Made by a program: the position numbers and the translations under genes. Positions 9,944 through 19,278 of a stretch of 64,000 nucleotides of DNA are shown here, in pieces. This DNA is from Armatimonadetes bacterium UBA1398 (GTDB lineage Bacteria > Armatimonadota > Zipacnadia > UBA1398). The stretch lies in NCBI GenBank assembly GCA_002305165.1, contig DBQI01000026.1, positions 5,398 to 69,397 on the forward strand, given 5' to 3'. The notes under the pieces were generated by a model. It had not been told where the DNA came from, ran no database searches, and saw only the letters and a program-made list of their open reading frames with translations. Within the stretch, counting starts at the first letter, position 1. Each line of letters begins with the position of its first letter.

Positions 9944-9977
9944 CATGCGCCCGAGCGCATGCAAGATTCCTGCATGC
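9944..9977. promoter_or_regulatory. Two overlapping mutually exclusive hairpins (CATGCGC-ccga-GCGCATG and GCATGCA-agattcc-TGCATGC) spanning the annotated start codon of the first URO-D-like gene
   Basis: Read directly from the sequence. The middle arm GCGCATGC is shared by both stems, and the ATG at 9959 lies inside it. Confidence 0.3.
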
Positions 9978-11116
9978 CCTCGAACTTCATACCGTACCGG
10001 AGGCATTCACCGATACGCACCCGAATACCTCCCTCAGGGAGGGAGCCCGTGGTCGATGGGCCCGACTTCAACCAGTACCTAGACGCTATATACCGTACCA
10101 ACGATCCCCATCGCGTACCGGTTGGGGAATTGTTTGTCGAGGACATCATTGCACGCCAGCTATCTGAGGGACCCATCGACTATGACGATCACGGAATGAC
10201 GCTCCGAGGCATGCGGGTGTTCCTCGAGACTCACCGCGTCCTGGGGTTCGATGCAGTGACGGTCGGGGTAGGCCCTGGCTTCGAGCTTCCAGAGTGGGCG
10301 ATGACGACCGATGTCGCGCCCCTCTCCAAGGGCCAACGCGGGTTCGTGACCGGTGGAGCCAGCCGGATCTGGGATAGGGCGTCCTTTGAGGCTTACCCCT
10401 GGCCGAGTCCAGAGCAGGTAGACTACACACCCCTGGAACGGGCTAGTAAGGCTATGCCGGACGGCATGGCCATCCTTGGGTCTGTGGGCGGCCCCTGCGA
10501 GTGGCTCATGTGGATCATGGGCTACGAGGCCTTGAGCCTGGCTCTGGCGGACGATCCGGAACTCGTCAGCGACGTCGTGGACTGCATCGAGCGACAGATG
10601 CTGGCGGTATTCCGCCACGTGGCCGCGATGGAGCGCGTCGGCGCCATGTGGATCTCGGACGACATGGGGTTCCGCACCGGCACCTTCCTATCGCCCGCCC
10701 ATATGCGAGCCTACGTGCTACCCACGCAGAGGCGCCTAGCGGCAGCGGCCCATGCGGAGGGCATCCCCGTGTTGCTGCACTCCTGCGGCAATCTCACCGC
10801 GATCATGGATGATCTGATCGACGATGTGGGCATCGATGCCAAGCACTCCTTCGAGGACGTCATCACGCCGGTTACCGAGGCGAAGAGGCTCTGGGGACAC
10901 CGGGTCTGCCTCATCGGTGGCGTCGATCTCGACCCCCTCACTCGGCTCTCGCCGGAGGAGGTCTACCGCTACACCCTAGGGATCCTGGAAAAGTGCGCTC
11001 CAGGAGGTGGGTACATCCTCGGCACGGGAAACAGTGTAGCGAACTACGTGCCCATCCCCAACTACCTCTCAATGCTCCAGGCTTGGCGCGACTGGCACAT
11101 AACCTCAGCCACGTGA
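9959..11116 (+). CDS. Uroporphyrinogen decarboxylase (URO-D)-like family protein, paralog 1 (MtaA/CmuA-like fold, function unknown)
   Basis: 385 aa. URO-D-family features: a central beta/alpha-barrel region ...MWISDDMGFRTGTFLSPAHMRAYVLP...IPVLLHSCGN...LGTGNSV. The exact start is uncertain; an alternative ATG lies at 9974. Confidence 0.7.
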   Translation: MQDSCMPSNFIPYRRHSPIRTRIPPSGREPVVDGPDFNQYLDAIYRTNDPHRVPVGELFVEDIIARQLSEGPIDYDDHGMTLRGMRVFLETHRVLGFDAVTVGVGPGFELPEWAMTTDVAPLSKGQRGFVTGGASRIWDRASFEAYPWPSPEQVDYTPLERASKAMPDGMAILGSVGGPCEWLMWIMGYEALSLALADDPELVSDVVDCIERQMLAVFRHVAAMERVGAMWISDDMGFRTGTFLSPAHMRAYVLPTQRRLAAAAHAEGIPVLLHSCGNLTAIMDDLIDDVGIDAKHSFEDVITPVTEAKRLWGHRVCLIGGVDLDPLTRLSPEEVYRYTLGILEKCAPGGGYILGTGNSVANYVPIPNYLSMLQAWRDWHITSAT

Positions 11117-11129
11117 AGGGACCGATCCA

Positions 11130-12293
11130 GTGGGGAACACACCCACGCCCGCCGACGGCGTGCATAGCATGGTGCCCAGGGAAGAGATGTCGGAGAGCGC
11201 CCGCAAGCTGCGGGACACCTACGCGCGCACCCCAGGGGCGCCACTCGTGCAGAGAGAGTTCGGGTTCTACTGCCTGGATCGGTGGCGTCGGGAGGGCATG
11301 CCCACCGATGTGCCCCTCCATGAGCTGTTCCAGTACGACCCGCCTGGCAACTACGGGCTCGGTCAGTTGGGATGGTGTGAGGCCGCATTCCTACCCGCGT
11401 TCGAGGTCGAAGTCATCGAGGACCGTGGGGAGCATGAGGTGGTCCGCGACTACGCCGGCCGCCACGTTCTGTACTTCAAGGGACGCCGCGACGGCTTCAT
11501 GCCGGAGTACCTCGAGCACCCCGTGAGGGACGCTCGAACGTGGGAGGAGGACGTCAAGTGGCGGCTCGACCCCTCGAGTGAGGAGCGGTACAGCGATCTG
11601 GGGCCCAGGATGGAGGCCGCGCGAGAGCAGGCGCGTCGCGGTCAGATGATCAGCCAGGGCCTCATCGGGGGATACATGTACCTGCGCAGCCTCATCGGGC
11701 CCGAGCATGTGCTCTACGCGTTCCACGATCAGCCGGCGCTCATCCACGACTGCATGACGACTTGGTTCACGCTGGCCGATGCCGTCATCTCACGGCATCA
11801 GGAGCATGTAACGATCGACGAACTCTTCTTGGCCGAGGACATCTGCTACAACCACGGGCCGCTGATCTCTCCGGCAATGATAGGCGAGTTCCTGGCGCCC
11901 TACTACGAGCAACTCATCGCGAACGTGAAGGCGCGTCAGATCGATCGTGACCGCCACCTCTATCTGCACATCGACACCGACGGCTATGCCCCGCCCGTCA
12001 TGCCGGTGTACAAAACCCTCGGCATGGACGCCATGAGCCCATTCGAGGTCGCCTCAGGCTGTGACGTGGTGGCTGTGGGGCAGGAGCATCCCGATGTGGC
12101 GCTGTTCGGTGGCATGGACAAGCGTGTGCTGGCACAGGGCAAGGCGGCGATAGACGCGATGGTCGAACGGGTCCTCCCTGCGATGCGCGAGCGCGGGGGG
12201 TACATACCAACATGCGACCACGGGGTGCCCGAGGAGGTCCCCTACGAGGACTATCTGTACTACCGAGCGCGCTGCGTGGAACTGGGGAGTTAG
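11130..12293 (+). CDS. Uroporphyrinogen decarboxylase (URO-D)-like family protein, paralog 2
   Basis: 387 aa with the same fold-level signature (...LAEDICYNHGPLISPAMIGEFLAPYYEQL...LHIDTDGYAPP...CDHGVPEEVPYEDYLYYR). It lies 14 nt downstream of paralog 1 and is only distantly related to it. Confidence 0.7.
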   Translation: MGNTPTPADGVHSMVPREEMSESARKLRDTYARTPGAPLVQREFGFYCLDRWRREGMPTDVPLHELFQYDPPGNYGLGQLGWCEAAFLPAFEVEVIEDRGEHEVVRDYAGRHVLYFKGRRDGFMPEYLEHPVRDARTWEEDVKWRLDPSSEERYSDLGPRMEAAREQARRGQMISQGLIGGYMYLRSLIGPEHVLYAFHDQPALIHDCMTTWFTLADAVISRHQEHVTIDELFLAEDICYNHGPLISPAMIGEFLAPYYEQLIANVKARQIDRDRHLYLHIDTDGYAPPVMPVYKTLGMDAMSPFEVASGCDVVAVGQEHPDVALFGGMDKRVLAQGKAAIDAMVERVLPAMRERGGYIPTCDHGVPEEVPYEDYLYYRARCVELGS

Positions 12294-13057
12294 AGCCGCT
12301 CCACCCTCGAGGCTTTCAGGTAGGGCGCGCCGGCCTCGGTGAGGCCAGGGACGGCGGTGACGCGGACACGGGGCGCCGGGCGCTGAGTCGAGTCCAGGCT
12401 ATCAGGCTCCTCGCCACTCACATAGATCCCGCCCGACTCGTCGGCAACGATCCAGTCGCCTCGGTGCCGGCCGGGCGGCCCCTGGGTTACCGGGCCTTGG
12501 AGCCCCTTGGCCCGCCAGCCCCGGTACTCCCCCTCGACCAGGACGGTGCGTGCCTGGAAGAAGCGCGGGAATTCCGCCAGTTGCGTAACAGTTACGACCC
12601 TGGGCACCCAGTCATACCGGAGTTCGACCGTTCCCTCATGCTCGATGAAGCGCGTCTCGATGGGCAGGATCCTGCGCCAGACGCCGTCGGGGAGGTACAT
12701 GACGCCGGACCGGAGGGGCGGAGGGGAGCCCATCTCCAGATCCTCCTCGTTCACGGTCACGGTCGGCTCGCCCAGCCGGAGGGCGATCTTCGTGTCTGGC
12801 AACGTCGCGGACAGGCTGTCCGTGGAGTCATCCCACGAGACGTGGGCGCCCAGTCGCTCCAGGACCAGACGCACGGGGAGAAGCAGAACGTTGTCCTGGT
12901 AGAGTGGGGGAGGCGGCGCCGGTTGGCCCTGTTCGCGGGTGACCTCGATGGTCTCGATGTACAGCCGTAGCGGCGCGTTCTGAGCGTGAGCGCGCTCGGG
13001 CAGCGCCGCCAGAGCGATGCAGAAGCTGGCTCCCAGGATCAGTAACCGGCGGGTCAT
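12290..13057 (-). CDS. Secreted protein with copper-amine-oxidase N-terminal-like (CuAO-N1 stalk) domain
   Basis: 255 aa. It has a signal peptide (MTRRLLILGASFCIALAALPERAHA). It carries a domain of the ...LLLPVRLVLERLGAHVSWDDSTDSLSA... type. Its 3' end overlaps the convergent URO-D paralog 2 by 4 nt. Confidence 0.5.
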   Translation of the reverse strand: MTRRLLILGASFCIALAALPERAHAQNAPLRLYIETIEVTREQGQPAPPPPLYQDNVLLLPVRLVLERLGAHVSWDDSTDSLSATLPDTKIALRLGEPTVTVNEEDLEMGSPPPLRSGVMYLPDGVWRRILPIETRFIEHEGTVELRYDWVPRVVTVTQLAEFPRFFQARTVLVEGEYRGWRAKGLQGPVTQGPPGRHRGDWIVADESGGIYVSGEEPDSLDSTQRPAPRVRVTAVPGLTEAGAPYLKASRVERL

Positions 13058-13833
13058 GCGTAGATCAACTCCCCGAACAGCTTACCAGCATTCCGCGTCG
13101 TCGTAGCCGCGATCTCGCTCGCATCGACACCCCGAACGCGCCCGATAGCTTCGGCGACTATGGACACGTAGGCGGGTTCATTGGTGCGTCCGCGGTAGGG
13201 TGCCGGGGCGAGGTAGGGGGCGTCCGTCTCAATGAGGAGGCGGTCCAGTGGCACACAGGCCGCGACCTGACGCGCCTCTTCACCCTTGGGGAAGGTGACG
13301 ATGCCCGTCAGCCCGATGTGGAGGCCCATCTCAAGGACCCAATCGACCTGATCGGCGCCGTAGGGGTAGCAGTGCATGACTCCGCCAGCGGCGAGAGGCG
13401 CATAGTCCGACAGGATAGCGCGCGTGTCATCGGCGGCCTCTCGGGAGTGAATGATCACCGGGAGGCCGAGGCGCGCCGCCTCATCGAGCTGGCGCTCGAA
13501 TGTTGCACGTTGAATGGGACGGGGGGAGTGGTCGTAGTGGTAGTCCAGCCCGACCTCGCCGTATGCCACCACTCGGTCCCCTCTGGCGAGTTCGGCGAGC
13601 GCGTCGGCGGCACGTGAATCGTACTGGTCAGCCTCATGGGGGTGGACACCGACGGCAGCGAGGACGCTCGGGTGGGCGTTCGCCAGGGATACGGCCTCAC
13701 GAGAACTGCTCAGGTCGTACCCAACGACGACCATGCGGCTGACACCCGCGAGGCCCGCGCGACAGAGGACATCGTTGAGGTCCGCAGCCAGCTTGGGATG
13801 GTTCAGGTGGCAGTGGGAGTCGACGAGGGACAT
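13054..13833 (-). CDS. tatD: TatD-family metal-dependent DNase/hydrolase
   Basis: 259 aa, starting MSLVDSHCHLN (HxH motif); it has conserved GEVGLDYHY, IIHSREA and the ETDAPYLAP motif. Confidence 0.9.
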   Translation of the reverse strand: MSLVDSHCHLNHPKLAADLNDVLCRAGLAGVSRMVVVGYDLSSSREAVSLANAHPSVLAAVGVHPHEADQYDSRAADALAELARGDRVVAYGEVGLDYHYDHSPRPIQRATFERQLDEAARLGLPVIIHSREAADDTRAILSDYAPLAAGGVMHCYPYGADQVDWVLEMGLHIGLTGIVTFPKGEEARQVAACVPLDRLLIETDAPYLAPAPYRGRTNEPAYVSIVAEAIGRVRGVDASEIAATTTRNAGKLFGELIYA

Positions 13834-13993
13834 GCCACTGGTTTCGGACGGCGAACCACTGCCCCTCCATGAGGACGCTGAACCAAGGGGCTCCGAGCCG
13901 AAGGGACCTGCGGATGATCACGGAATAGCGTGTCTAGGCTGCGAGCCTCTTGAGGGGTCACGCCAGCCGAGGTGACCGCGAGGAGGAACCCGT

Positions 13994-15301
13994 GTGAGTG
14001 CAGCAGGTACCCTAACGGCTTCTGCTCTGACCGATCGGCAAAAGCGGGCCATGTTCTGGGCAAGCAGCATCTCCCTCATAGCCACCGCGATGAGCTTCGC
14101 AATCCGTGGCGATATCCTAGGCGATCTGGAAGGTGTGCACGAGCTCACCAAGACGCAGGCCGGAAGTGTCGGCAACGCGTGGGCGTTGGGGTTCGCGCTG
14201 TCCATCCTGTTCGGTGGCGCCCTCTGCGACTTCATCGGCATGAAGCGAGTCATGTATCTCGCGGTCGTGGGGCATAGCGTAGGCTGCGCCGGGATCATAT
14301 TCGGCCCGTCGCCGAACTTCTCGATCCTGTTCGCCTCCGTCCTCGTGATGGGGATCGGCAACGGGATGGTGGAGGCGGCCGTCAATCCATTGGTGGCCAC
14401 CATCTACCCGAAGGAGAAACTGGCGAAGCTGAATGCGCTCCACGCTTGGTTCCCTGGTGGGATCGTTATCGGCGGCGTGATCAGCTACCTGATGACACAG
14501 ACCATGGGCGGCATGTCTTTCGGGGCGTTCAGCCTGTGGCAGATCAAGATGGCCGTCATCTTCATCCCCATCATCGCCTACGCCGTCATGTTCGCGACGA
14601 TGAAGCTGCCGGCAACGGAGCGCGTCGCCTCTGGAGTGTCAAACCGGGAGATGTGGTTGGAGTCGGTGCGTCCGGCTTTCATCCTGCTCTTCTTCTGCAT
14701 GGCGCTGACAGCGGCCACTGAGCTTGGCCCGAACACGTGGATCCCGAACATCATGACCAAGGCGATCGGCAGCGGCATCCTGGTGCTGGTGACCATCAAC
14801 CTGGTGATGGCCATCTGCCGGTTGTTTGCCGGACCCATCGCGAACGCCGTCAGCCCAGTGGGCATGATCTTCCTCTGCGCCGTAGTCTCCGCCATCGGGC
14901 TCTTGGCTCTAAGCGGCGCCCACGAGGCATGGAGCGCCTACCTCGGCGGCGCGATCTTCGGTCTCGGCGCGTGCTTCCTGTGGCCAACCATGCTCGCGAT
15001 AACCTCCGAGCGCTTCCCGAAGGGGGGCGCTGTGCTGCTGGGCCTCATGGGTAGCATCGGGAACATCGGCGCCTTCCTGGCCGCCCCGATCATGGGGCGG
15101 GTGCAGGACTTCAACCTGGCCAAGGGGCTGGATGAGGTTGAGGCGGGCATGCTGTCGCTGCGTTACGTCATCGTTCTCCCCATCGTCGTGGCGGTCATCT
15201 TCGGAGCGATCTACCTCTGGGACAAGGCGCACGGCGGCTACAAGATCGTGGAGCTCGATGCGGCCGAGGGTCCGACGCCCACGGAGGACGCCGAGGCCTA
15301 G
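13994..15301 (+). CDS. MFS transporter
   Basis: 435 aa with 12 predicted TM segments and an MFS-like loop motif (G-x-x-x-D-x-x-G-x-K-R-V) in loop 2-3. GTG start. Confidence 0.75.
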   Translation: MSAAGTLTASALTDRQKRAMFWASSISLIATAMSFAIRGDILGDLEGVHELTKTQAGSVGNAWALGFALSILFGGALCDFIGMKRVMYLAVVGHSVGCAGIIFGPSPNFSILFASVLVMGIGNGMVEAAVNPLVATIYPKEKLAKLNALHAWFPGGIVIGGVISYLMTQTMGGMSFGAFSLWQIKMAVIFIPIIAYAVMFATMKLPATERVASGVSNREMWLESVRPAFILLFFCMALTAATELGPNTWIPNIMTKAIGSGILVLVTINLVMAICRLFAGPIANAVSPVGMIFLCAVVSAIGLLALSGAHEAWSAYLGGAIFGLGACFLWPTMLAITSERFPKGGAVLLGLMGSIGNIGAFLAAPIMGRVQDFNLAKGLDEVEAGMLSLRYVIVLPIVVAVIFGAIYLWDKAHGGYKIVELDAAEGPTPTEDAEA

Positions 15302-15329
15302 GCCTGTTGCTCGCAGTCTAGAGTCCGTG

Positions 15330-15358
15330 CGCCCGCCGCGCCATCCACGTGGCGGGCG
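15330..15358. terminator. GC-rich hairpin (CGCCCGCC-13 nt-GGCGGGCG) downstream of the MFS gene
   Basis: Inverted repeat read from the sequence, lying between the MFS stop (15301) and the dppA-like start (15383). Confidence 0.35.
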
Positions 15359-15382
15359 TGCGACGTACGGAGGGGCCCCAGT

Positions 15383-16189
15383 ATGCGCGTGTTCATTGCC
15401 GTAGACATCGAGGGCATCAGCTCCATGGTGGACTGGCGTGACCAGTCGGACTTCGAGGCACGGAGGTGGATGACGGAGGACGCCAACGCGGCTGTGCGTG
15501 GCGCCTTCGAGGGTGGAGCGTCGTACGTCTGCGTCCGCGACTGCCACGGCCCGGCCCGAAGCATCATTCCAGAGGCTCTCGACGAACGTGCCGAGCTGTG
15601 TCGTGGCTGGGATAACCTCCACGGCATGGTGGACGGCGTTGAGAGCGGCTTCGACGCCCTCATGCTCGTAGGTTGGCATGCCCGGTATGGAACGGAGTCG
15701 GGTGTCATGGCACACAGTTGGTCGGGCATCATCCGGAACATCTGGGTCAACGGAGTCGAGATGGGGGAGGTCGGGCTGGCCGCCGTGATCGCTGGTGCGG
15801 CAGGCGTGCCGGTCGCGATGGTCTCCGGCGATGACGCGCTGGCGAAGGAGGCGCAGGCGCTGCTCCCCGGTGTGCGCGCCGCCGTTGTGAAATACGGCCT
15901 GAACCGGCTGGCGGGCCGCTGCCTGTCGCCGAGTCGGGCGCGGCGCGTGATCGAGGACACCGCGCGAGCGGCCGTCGCGGAGCAGCGAGCCGCCGCCTAC
16001 GGCACCCAGTGGCCCGCCTCCATCGAGGTCCGCTACCAGCATCGTGGCCAAGCCTCGTGGGCGGCGAGGGTGCCTGGAGTGCGTCGCGAGGGGGACTATG
16101 GAATCGCGACCGAGGTGGCCGATGCGGCCGCGCTGAAGGACATTCTGTTCTGCTGCAACCGGCTTGCCTATGCCTGCGATCTTTACTAG
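15383..16189 (+). CDS. D-aminopeptidase, peptidase family M55 (DppA-like), paralog 1
   Basis: 268 aa, starting MRVFIAVDIEGISS... with the conserved DCHG and GWHA motifs of the M55 family. Confidence 0.8.
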   Translation: MRVFIAVDIEGISSMVDWRDQSDFEARRWMTEDANAAVRGAFEGGASYVCVRDCHGPARSIIPEALDERAELCRGWDNLHGMVDGVESGFDALMLVGWHARYGTESGVMAHSWSGIIRNIWVNGVEMGEVGLAAVIAGAAGVPVAMVSGDDALAKEAQALLPGVRAAVVKYGLNRLAGRCLSPSRARRVIEDTARAAVAEQRAAAYGTQWPASIEVRYQHRGQASWAARVPGVRREGDYGIATEVADAAALKDILFCCNRLAYACDLY

Positions 16190-16202
16190 AGGAGTGGATA
16201 GC

Positions 16203-17006
16203 ATGAAGGTCTACCTCGTGACCGACTTGGAGGGCGTAGGTGGCGTGTGGGACTGGGACCACGGCCAGTGGTCACCAGAGGAGCGCGCGCGGGCACGGTC
16301 GCTCCTCACCGGCGAGGTGAACGCCGCGGTTGAGGGGTTCCTGCTGGGGGGCGCGAGCGAGGTCATCGTCAATGATGGCCACGGCGTGGGGTACAGCATC
16401 GATATCGAGGATGTGCACCCCAGAGCCCGTGTTATCCACGGGCAGGATCGGCCCATCTGGCTACCGCTCTTCGACGGCACGTTCGCCGCCACGGGCCTTG
16501 TGGGCGCTCACGCGAAGGCCAATACGGCTGGCGCGAACCTGTGCCACACCATGTCCTCGCTGAGCATCGACGGTTACTGGGTGAACGACGTCTCCATTGG
16601 CGAGATAGGCCTTCAGGCCATCACGGCAGGGCACTTCGGGGTTCCCTTCGTCTTCCTCTCGGGCGACGAGTACGCCTGTCGCGAGGTATCGGAACTCATA
16701 CCAGGGGTCCGCACGGTCGCGACAAAGCTCGGGCTGTCCACCCGCTCCGCCTGCACGCTGAGCCCCGCCGCATGCCGTGAAGGCATCCGCGAGGGCGCCG
16801 CTGCCAGCATGGAACTCATCGGCACAGTAGAACCTCTAACCCTAGGGTCGCCCCTGGTGTTCCGCGAGCGTCGCCAGAGGCCCGACTTCGATGGGCGGGT
16901 GCCCGGAGAAGGGGAACGGATCCTGAGTCGCTGGGAGCGCGAGATCAGCGCAACGGATCCCATCGACCTCACATGTAAGCTGTACGGCTACAGGCCTCCA
17001 GCGTAG
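16203..17006 (+). CDS. D-aminopeptidase, peptidase family M55 (DppA-like), paralog 2
   Basis: Its start is the internal ATG at 16203 (MKVYLVTDLEGVGGV...), preceded by GGAGTGG. It has the NDGHG motif. It lies 14 nt after paralog 1. Confidence 0.8.
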   Translation: MKVYLVTDLEGVGGVWDWDHGQWSPEERARARSLLTGEVNAAVEGFLLGGASEVIVNDGHGVGYSIDIEDVHPRARVIHGQDRPIWLPLFDGTFAATGLVGAHAKANTAGANLCHTMSSLSIDGYWVNDVSIGEIGLQAITAGHFGVPFVFLSGDEYACREVSELIPGVRTVATKLGLSTRSACTLSPAACREGIREGAAASMELIGTVEPLTLGSPLVFRERRQRPDFDGRVPGEGERILSRWEREISATDPIDLTCKLYGYRPPA

Positions 17007-17080
17007 AGGCCTTCGGCGCGCCGGCACGTAAGTAGTAGGTGTGCGCCGGACCCAGCGCGGGTCCGGGAGGGAGGACCACC

Positions 17081-19249
17081 ATGGTACGGTCAATCCTAGG
17101 CATCCGGGCGTTGGCCGCCCTTGTCCTCGTGGCAAGTCTGGTAGTGGCGCCGGCAGCGTTGGCGCAAGGCCTGCCTGAAGTGGCCATCGAGCAGCCTCGC
17201 GATGGCGCCGATGTGGCCACTCTCGGGATTCCGCTGACGGACATCCCATTGACGGTGAGCTACAAGTCATCGGCCGGGGTCGACAAGATCGAGGTCCTGG
17301 TGGATGGGGCGGTGCAGTTCGTGGACCGCTTCAGCGCTCCCGAGACAGAGGGGCGACGGTCCTACCTCTGGGATGCGACGGCTCACGGCCCCGGCAAGCA
17401 CACCATCAGCGTCATCGTGTTCGCCGGCGCACGATCGGCTGGAGCACAGGCGGTGGTCGAGTACAAGGCGGTTCCGTCGCCAGGAGAGGTCCAGCCCAGG
17501 GCGACTCTGGCGGTCGTCAGCCCAAGCCCCGGCGCGGTCGTGTCTGGTCTCGTTCCCCTGCGAGTCGAGACCACGGGGGCGCGGCCGCACTGGGTGCAGT
17601 TTTTCCTGGATGGGCGTGCGGTGGGCCACAGCCTGAGCGAGCCCTACGCGATCTCCATCGACACCTCGCTCTACGCCGACGGTCGACACGTCGTCTACGC
17701 CGCGATGAAGACAGACCGCGGCACCGTCACAAGTGACACGCTCCACGTCAACTTCATGAACCTGGAGATCCCAGAACCACAGGGCGAAGGGGTTGTAGAG
17801 CCACCCGGTGAGGACCCGGGGATCGAGGGGGCTGGCCCCGAGATCGATGTGGCCCCGGTCGAGGAGCCCGTGAAACCGGACCCCGGACCGGCCATCGCCA
17901 TTCCCGCGGCGCCGATCGAGCCCCTCACGCCGCCAGTGCCGTCCCCCGCGGACCCGCTCAACGTGGGTGTGGACCCCCAGGGGCAGCCACCCCTGGAGGT
18001 CGTGGAGCCTGTTGAGCCGGTCGAGGCCGATCCCGGGACTATGACGGACCTACCGCCCGACATCGCCGGCGCCGGGGAGTGGCAGCCCGTCGGTGTGGGC
18101 GAGGAAGGCCCAGCGATGGTGCTTCCTGTGGAGGTCGCGCCGGATGAGCCGCCGCCCGGAGAGCCTGTCGTTGAGCCTCCGACGCCTGTGGACGCCACTA
18201 TGCGGCCGTTGGACACGGAGTTGGCGGGCCCGGATGGGCTCGGCGTCCAGGCTCCGTCGACCCCGCCGGCCGAGCCGAGTGTCCCGCCGGCGCCGGATGT
18301 CACAGCACCGACCGAGGAGCCTGCGGTGCCGCCGCTGGAGCCGGTTGAGCCCGACGTTCCCGTTCTGCCGGAGCCGCAGAGCCCGACCCCGGAGGAGGTC
18401 CCGCCCCCGCTGACACCGCAGCTGGTAGAGATCGACGAGGCTTCAACAGGCTCCGTGAGTCCGCTGCCGCCTCTTGTGCCGTTGCCAAGTCTCACGGGCC
18501 CCGCTGATGCGGCGTTGCCCGACCTGCCTCGGACCGGTCCTGTTGGGCTGCCGTCACCCGAGAAGGCGCCATCCCCAGAGGAGAGTCCGGCGGCACCTCG
18601 GTCCGAGCAGCCGGTGGAGCCGCTGCCTGCAGCGGTCGAGGAACTCGCTGGTCCGGCGGAGGTCGCCGCGCTCGGCGCGTTGCCGGAGCCCAGAACTCCG
18701 GAGGAGATCCCCGTGGTTGAGGCGCCCACTGAGCCAGCGCTTCCCGGTCCTGCCGCGCCGCCGACTGCCGCTGAGGCTGTGGCCGTCGATCCGTTACCGA
18801 GTTCCAGCGACGATCCTGTGCCGGTCATCGGCCATACCCCCCTGCTCACCAGCCCCACGGGCGGCCCCGCCCCGGATGCGGCTACCGAGGAGACGGGTCT
18901 GGTTGTGTGCCTGGACGGTGCGCCGATGGAGGGAGTGCGGCCAGCGATCATCCAGGATGGCGCTGTCTACTTGGCCCTCCGCGACCTGCTCATTGCCGTT
19001 CGCGGCTCCATGACCTGGGATGCCCCGTCGGGACGCATGTCCGGTCGAGCCGGCACTGCCAGCTTCGCCATCACTGCTGGCGGCGACAAGGCAACGCTAC
19101 GTGGTGGGGAGATGGTCCTTGATGCGCCGGCTCTGGTCATAGACGGCACGCTCATGGTGCCCCTCGGCTTCGTGGAGGAACTCTTGGGCCTGCAGTCTGT
19201 CCAGGATCCTGCCGCTGGTACTCTGGAATTCAAGGGCTCTAGCCAGTAG
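17081..19249 (+). CDS. Large secreted protein: signal peptide, two Ig-like (Big) domains, ~380-aa Pro/Glu/Val-rich low-complexity linker, C-terminal CuAO-N1-like domain
   Basis: The start is taken as the ATG at 17081 (MVRSILGIRALAALVLVASLVVAPAALAQG), preceded by GGGAGGGAGG. The C-terminus (...VYLALRDLLIAVRGSMTWDAPSGRMSG...GTLMVPLGFVEELLG) matches the copper amine oxidase N-domain fold used for cell-wall association. Confidence 0.7.
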   Translation: MVRSILGIRALAALVLVASLVVAPAALAQGLPEVAIEQPRDGADVATLGIPLTDIPLTVSYKSSAGVDKIEVLVDGAVQFVDRFSAPETEGRRSYLWDATAHGPGKHTISVIVFAGARSAGAQAVVEYKAVPSPGEVQPRATLAVVSPSPGAVVSGLVPLRVETTGARPHWVQFFLDGRAVGHSLSEPYAISIDTSLYADGRHVVYAAMKTDRGTVTSDTLHVNFMNLEIPEPQGEGVVEPPGEDPGIEGAGPEIDVAPVEEPVKPDPGPAIAIPAAPIEPLTPPVPSPADPLNVGVDPQGQPPLEVVEPVEPVEADPGTMTDLPPDIAGAGEWQPVGVGEEGPAMVLPVEVAPDEPPPGEPVVEPPTPVDATMRPLDTELAGPDGLGVQAPSTPPAEPSVPPAPDVTAPTEEPAVPPLEPVEPDVPVLPEPQSPTPEEVPPPLTPQLVEIDEASTGSVSPLPPLVPLPSLTGPADAALPDLPRTGPVGLPSPEKAPSPEESPAAPRSEQPVEPLPAAVEELAGPAEVAALGALPEPRTPEEIPVVEAPTEPALPGPAAPPTAAEAVAVDPLPSSSDDPVPVIGHTPLLTSPTGGPAPDAATEETGLVVCLDGAPMEGVRPAIIQDGAVYLALRDLLIAVRGSMTWDAPSGRMSGRAGTASFAITAGGDKATLRGGEMVLDAPALVIDGTLMVPLGFVEELLGLQSVQDPAAGTLEFKGSSQ
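17759..18898. repeat. Low-complexity Pro/Glu/Val/Ala-rich coding region (PEPV-type linker); generates a long Gly/Ser-rich antisense shadow ORF
   Basis: The composition is visible in the translation of 17081..19249. Confidence 0.6.
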
Positions 19250-19261
19250 ACTAGCCGCGGC

Positions 19262-19276
19262 CGGCGATGCCGGCGT
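19262..19276. terminator. Short self-complementary GCCGGC-gat-GCCGGC hairpin after the secreted-protein gene
   Basis: Read from the sequence. Confidence 0.25.
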
Positions 19277-19278
19277 AG

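Noticed and set aside
13828-13840. GCCACTG B12-box-like heptamer near the tatD start
   Set aside because: Isolated heptamer without the other conserved cobalamin-riboswitch elements; it is simply the reverse complement around the tatD start codon.
14909-16262. 431-aa and 171-aa minus-strand ORFs over the MFS and M55 genes
   Set aside because: Arg/Ala/Pro-rich, no domains; the sense-strand genes have clear TM topology and peptidase motifs.
17695-18951. 418-aa minus-strand ORF (Gly/Ser/Thr-rich)
   Set aside because: Antisense image of the Pro/Glu/Val-rich linker of the secreted protein at 17081-19249; pure low complexity.
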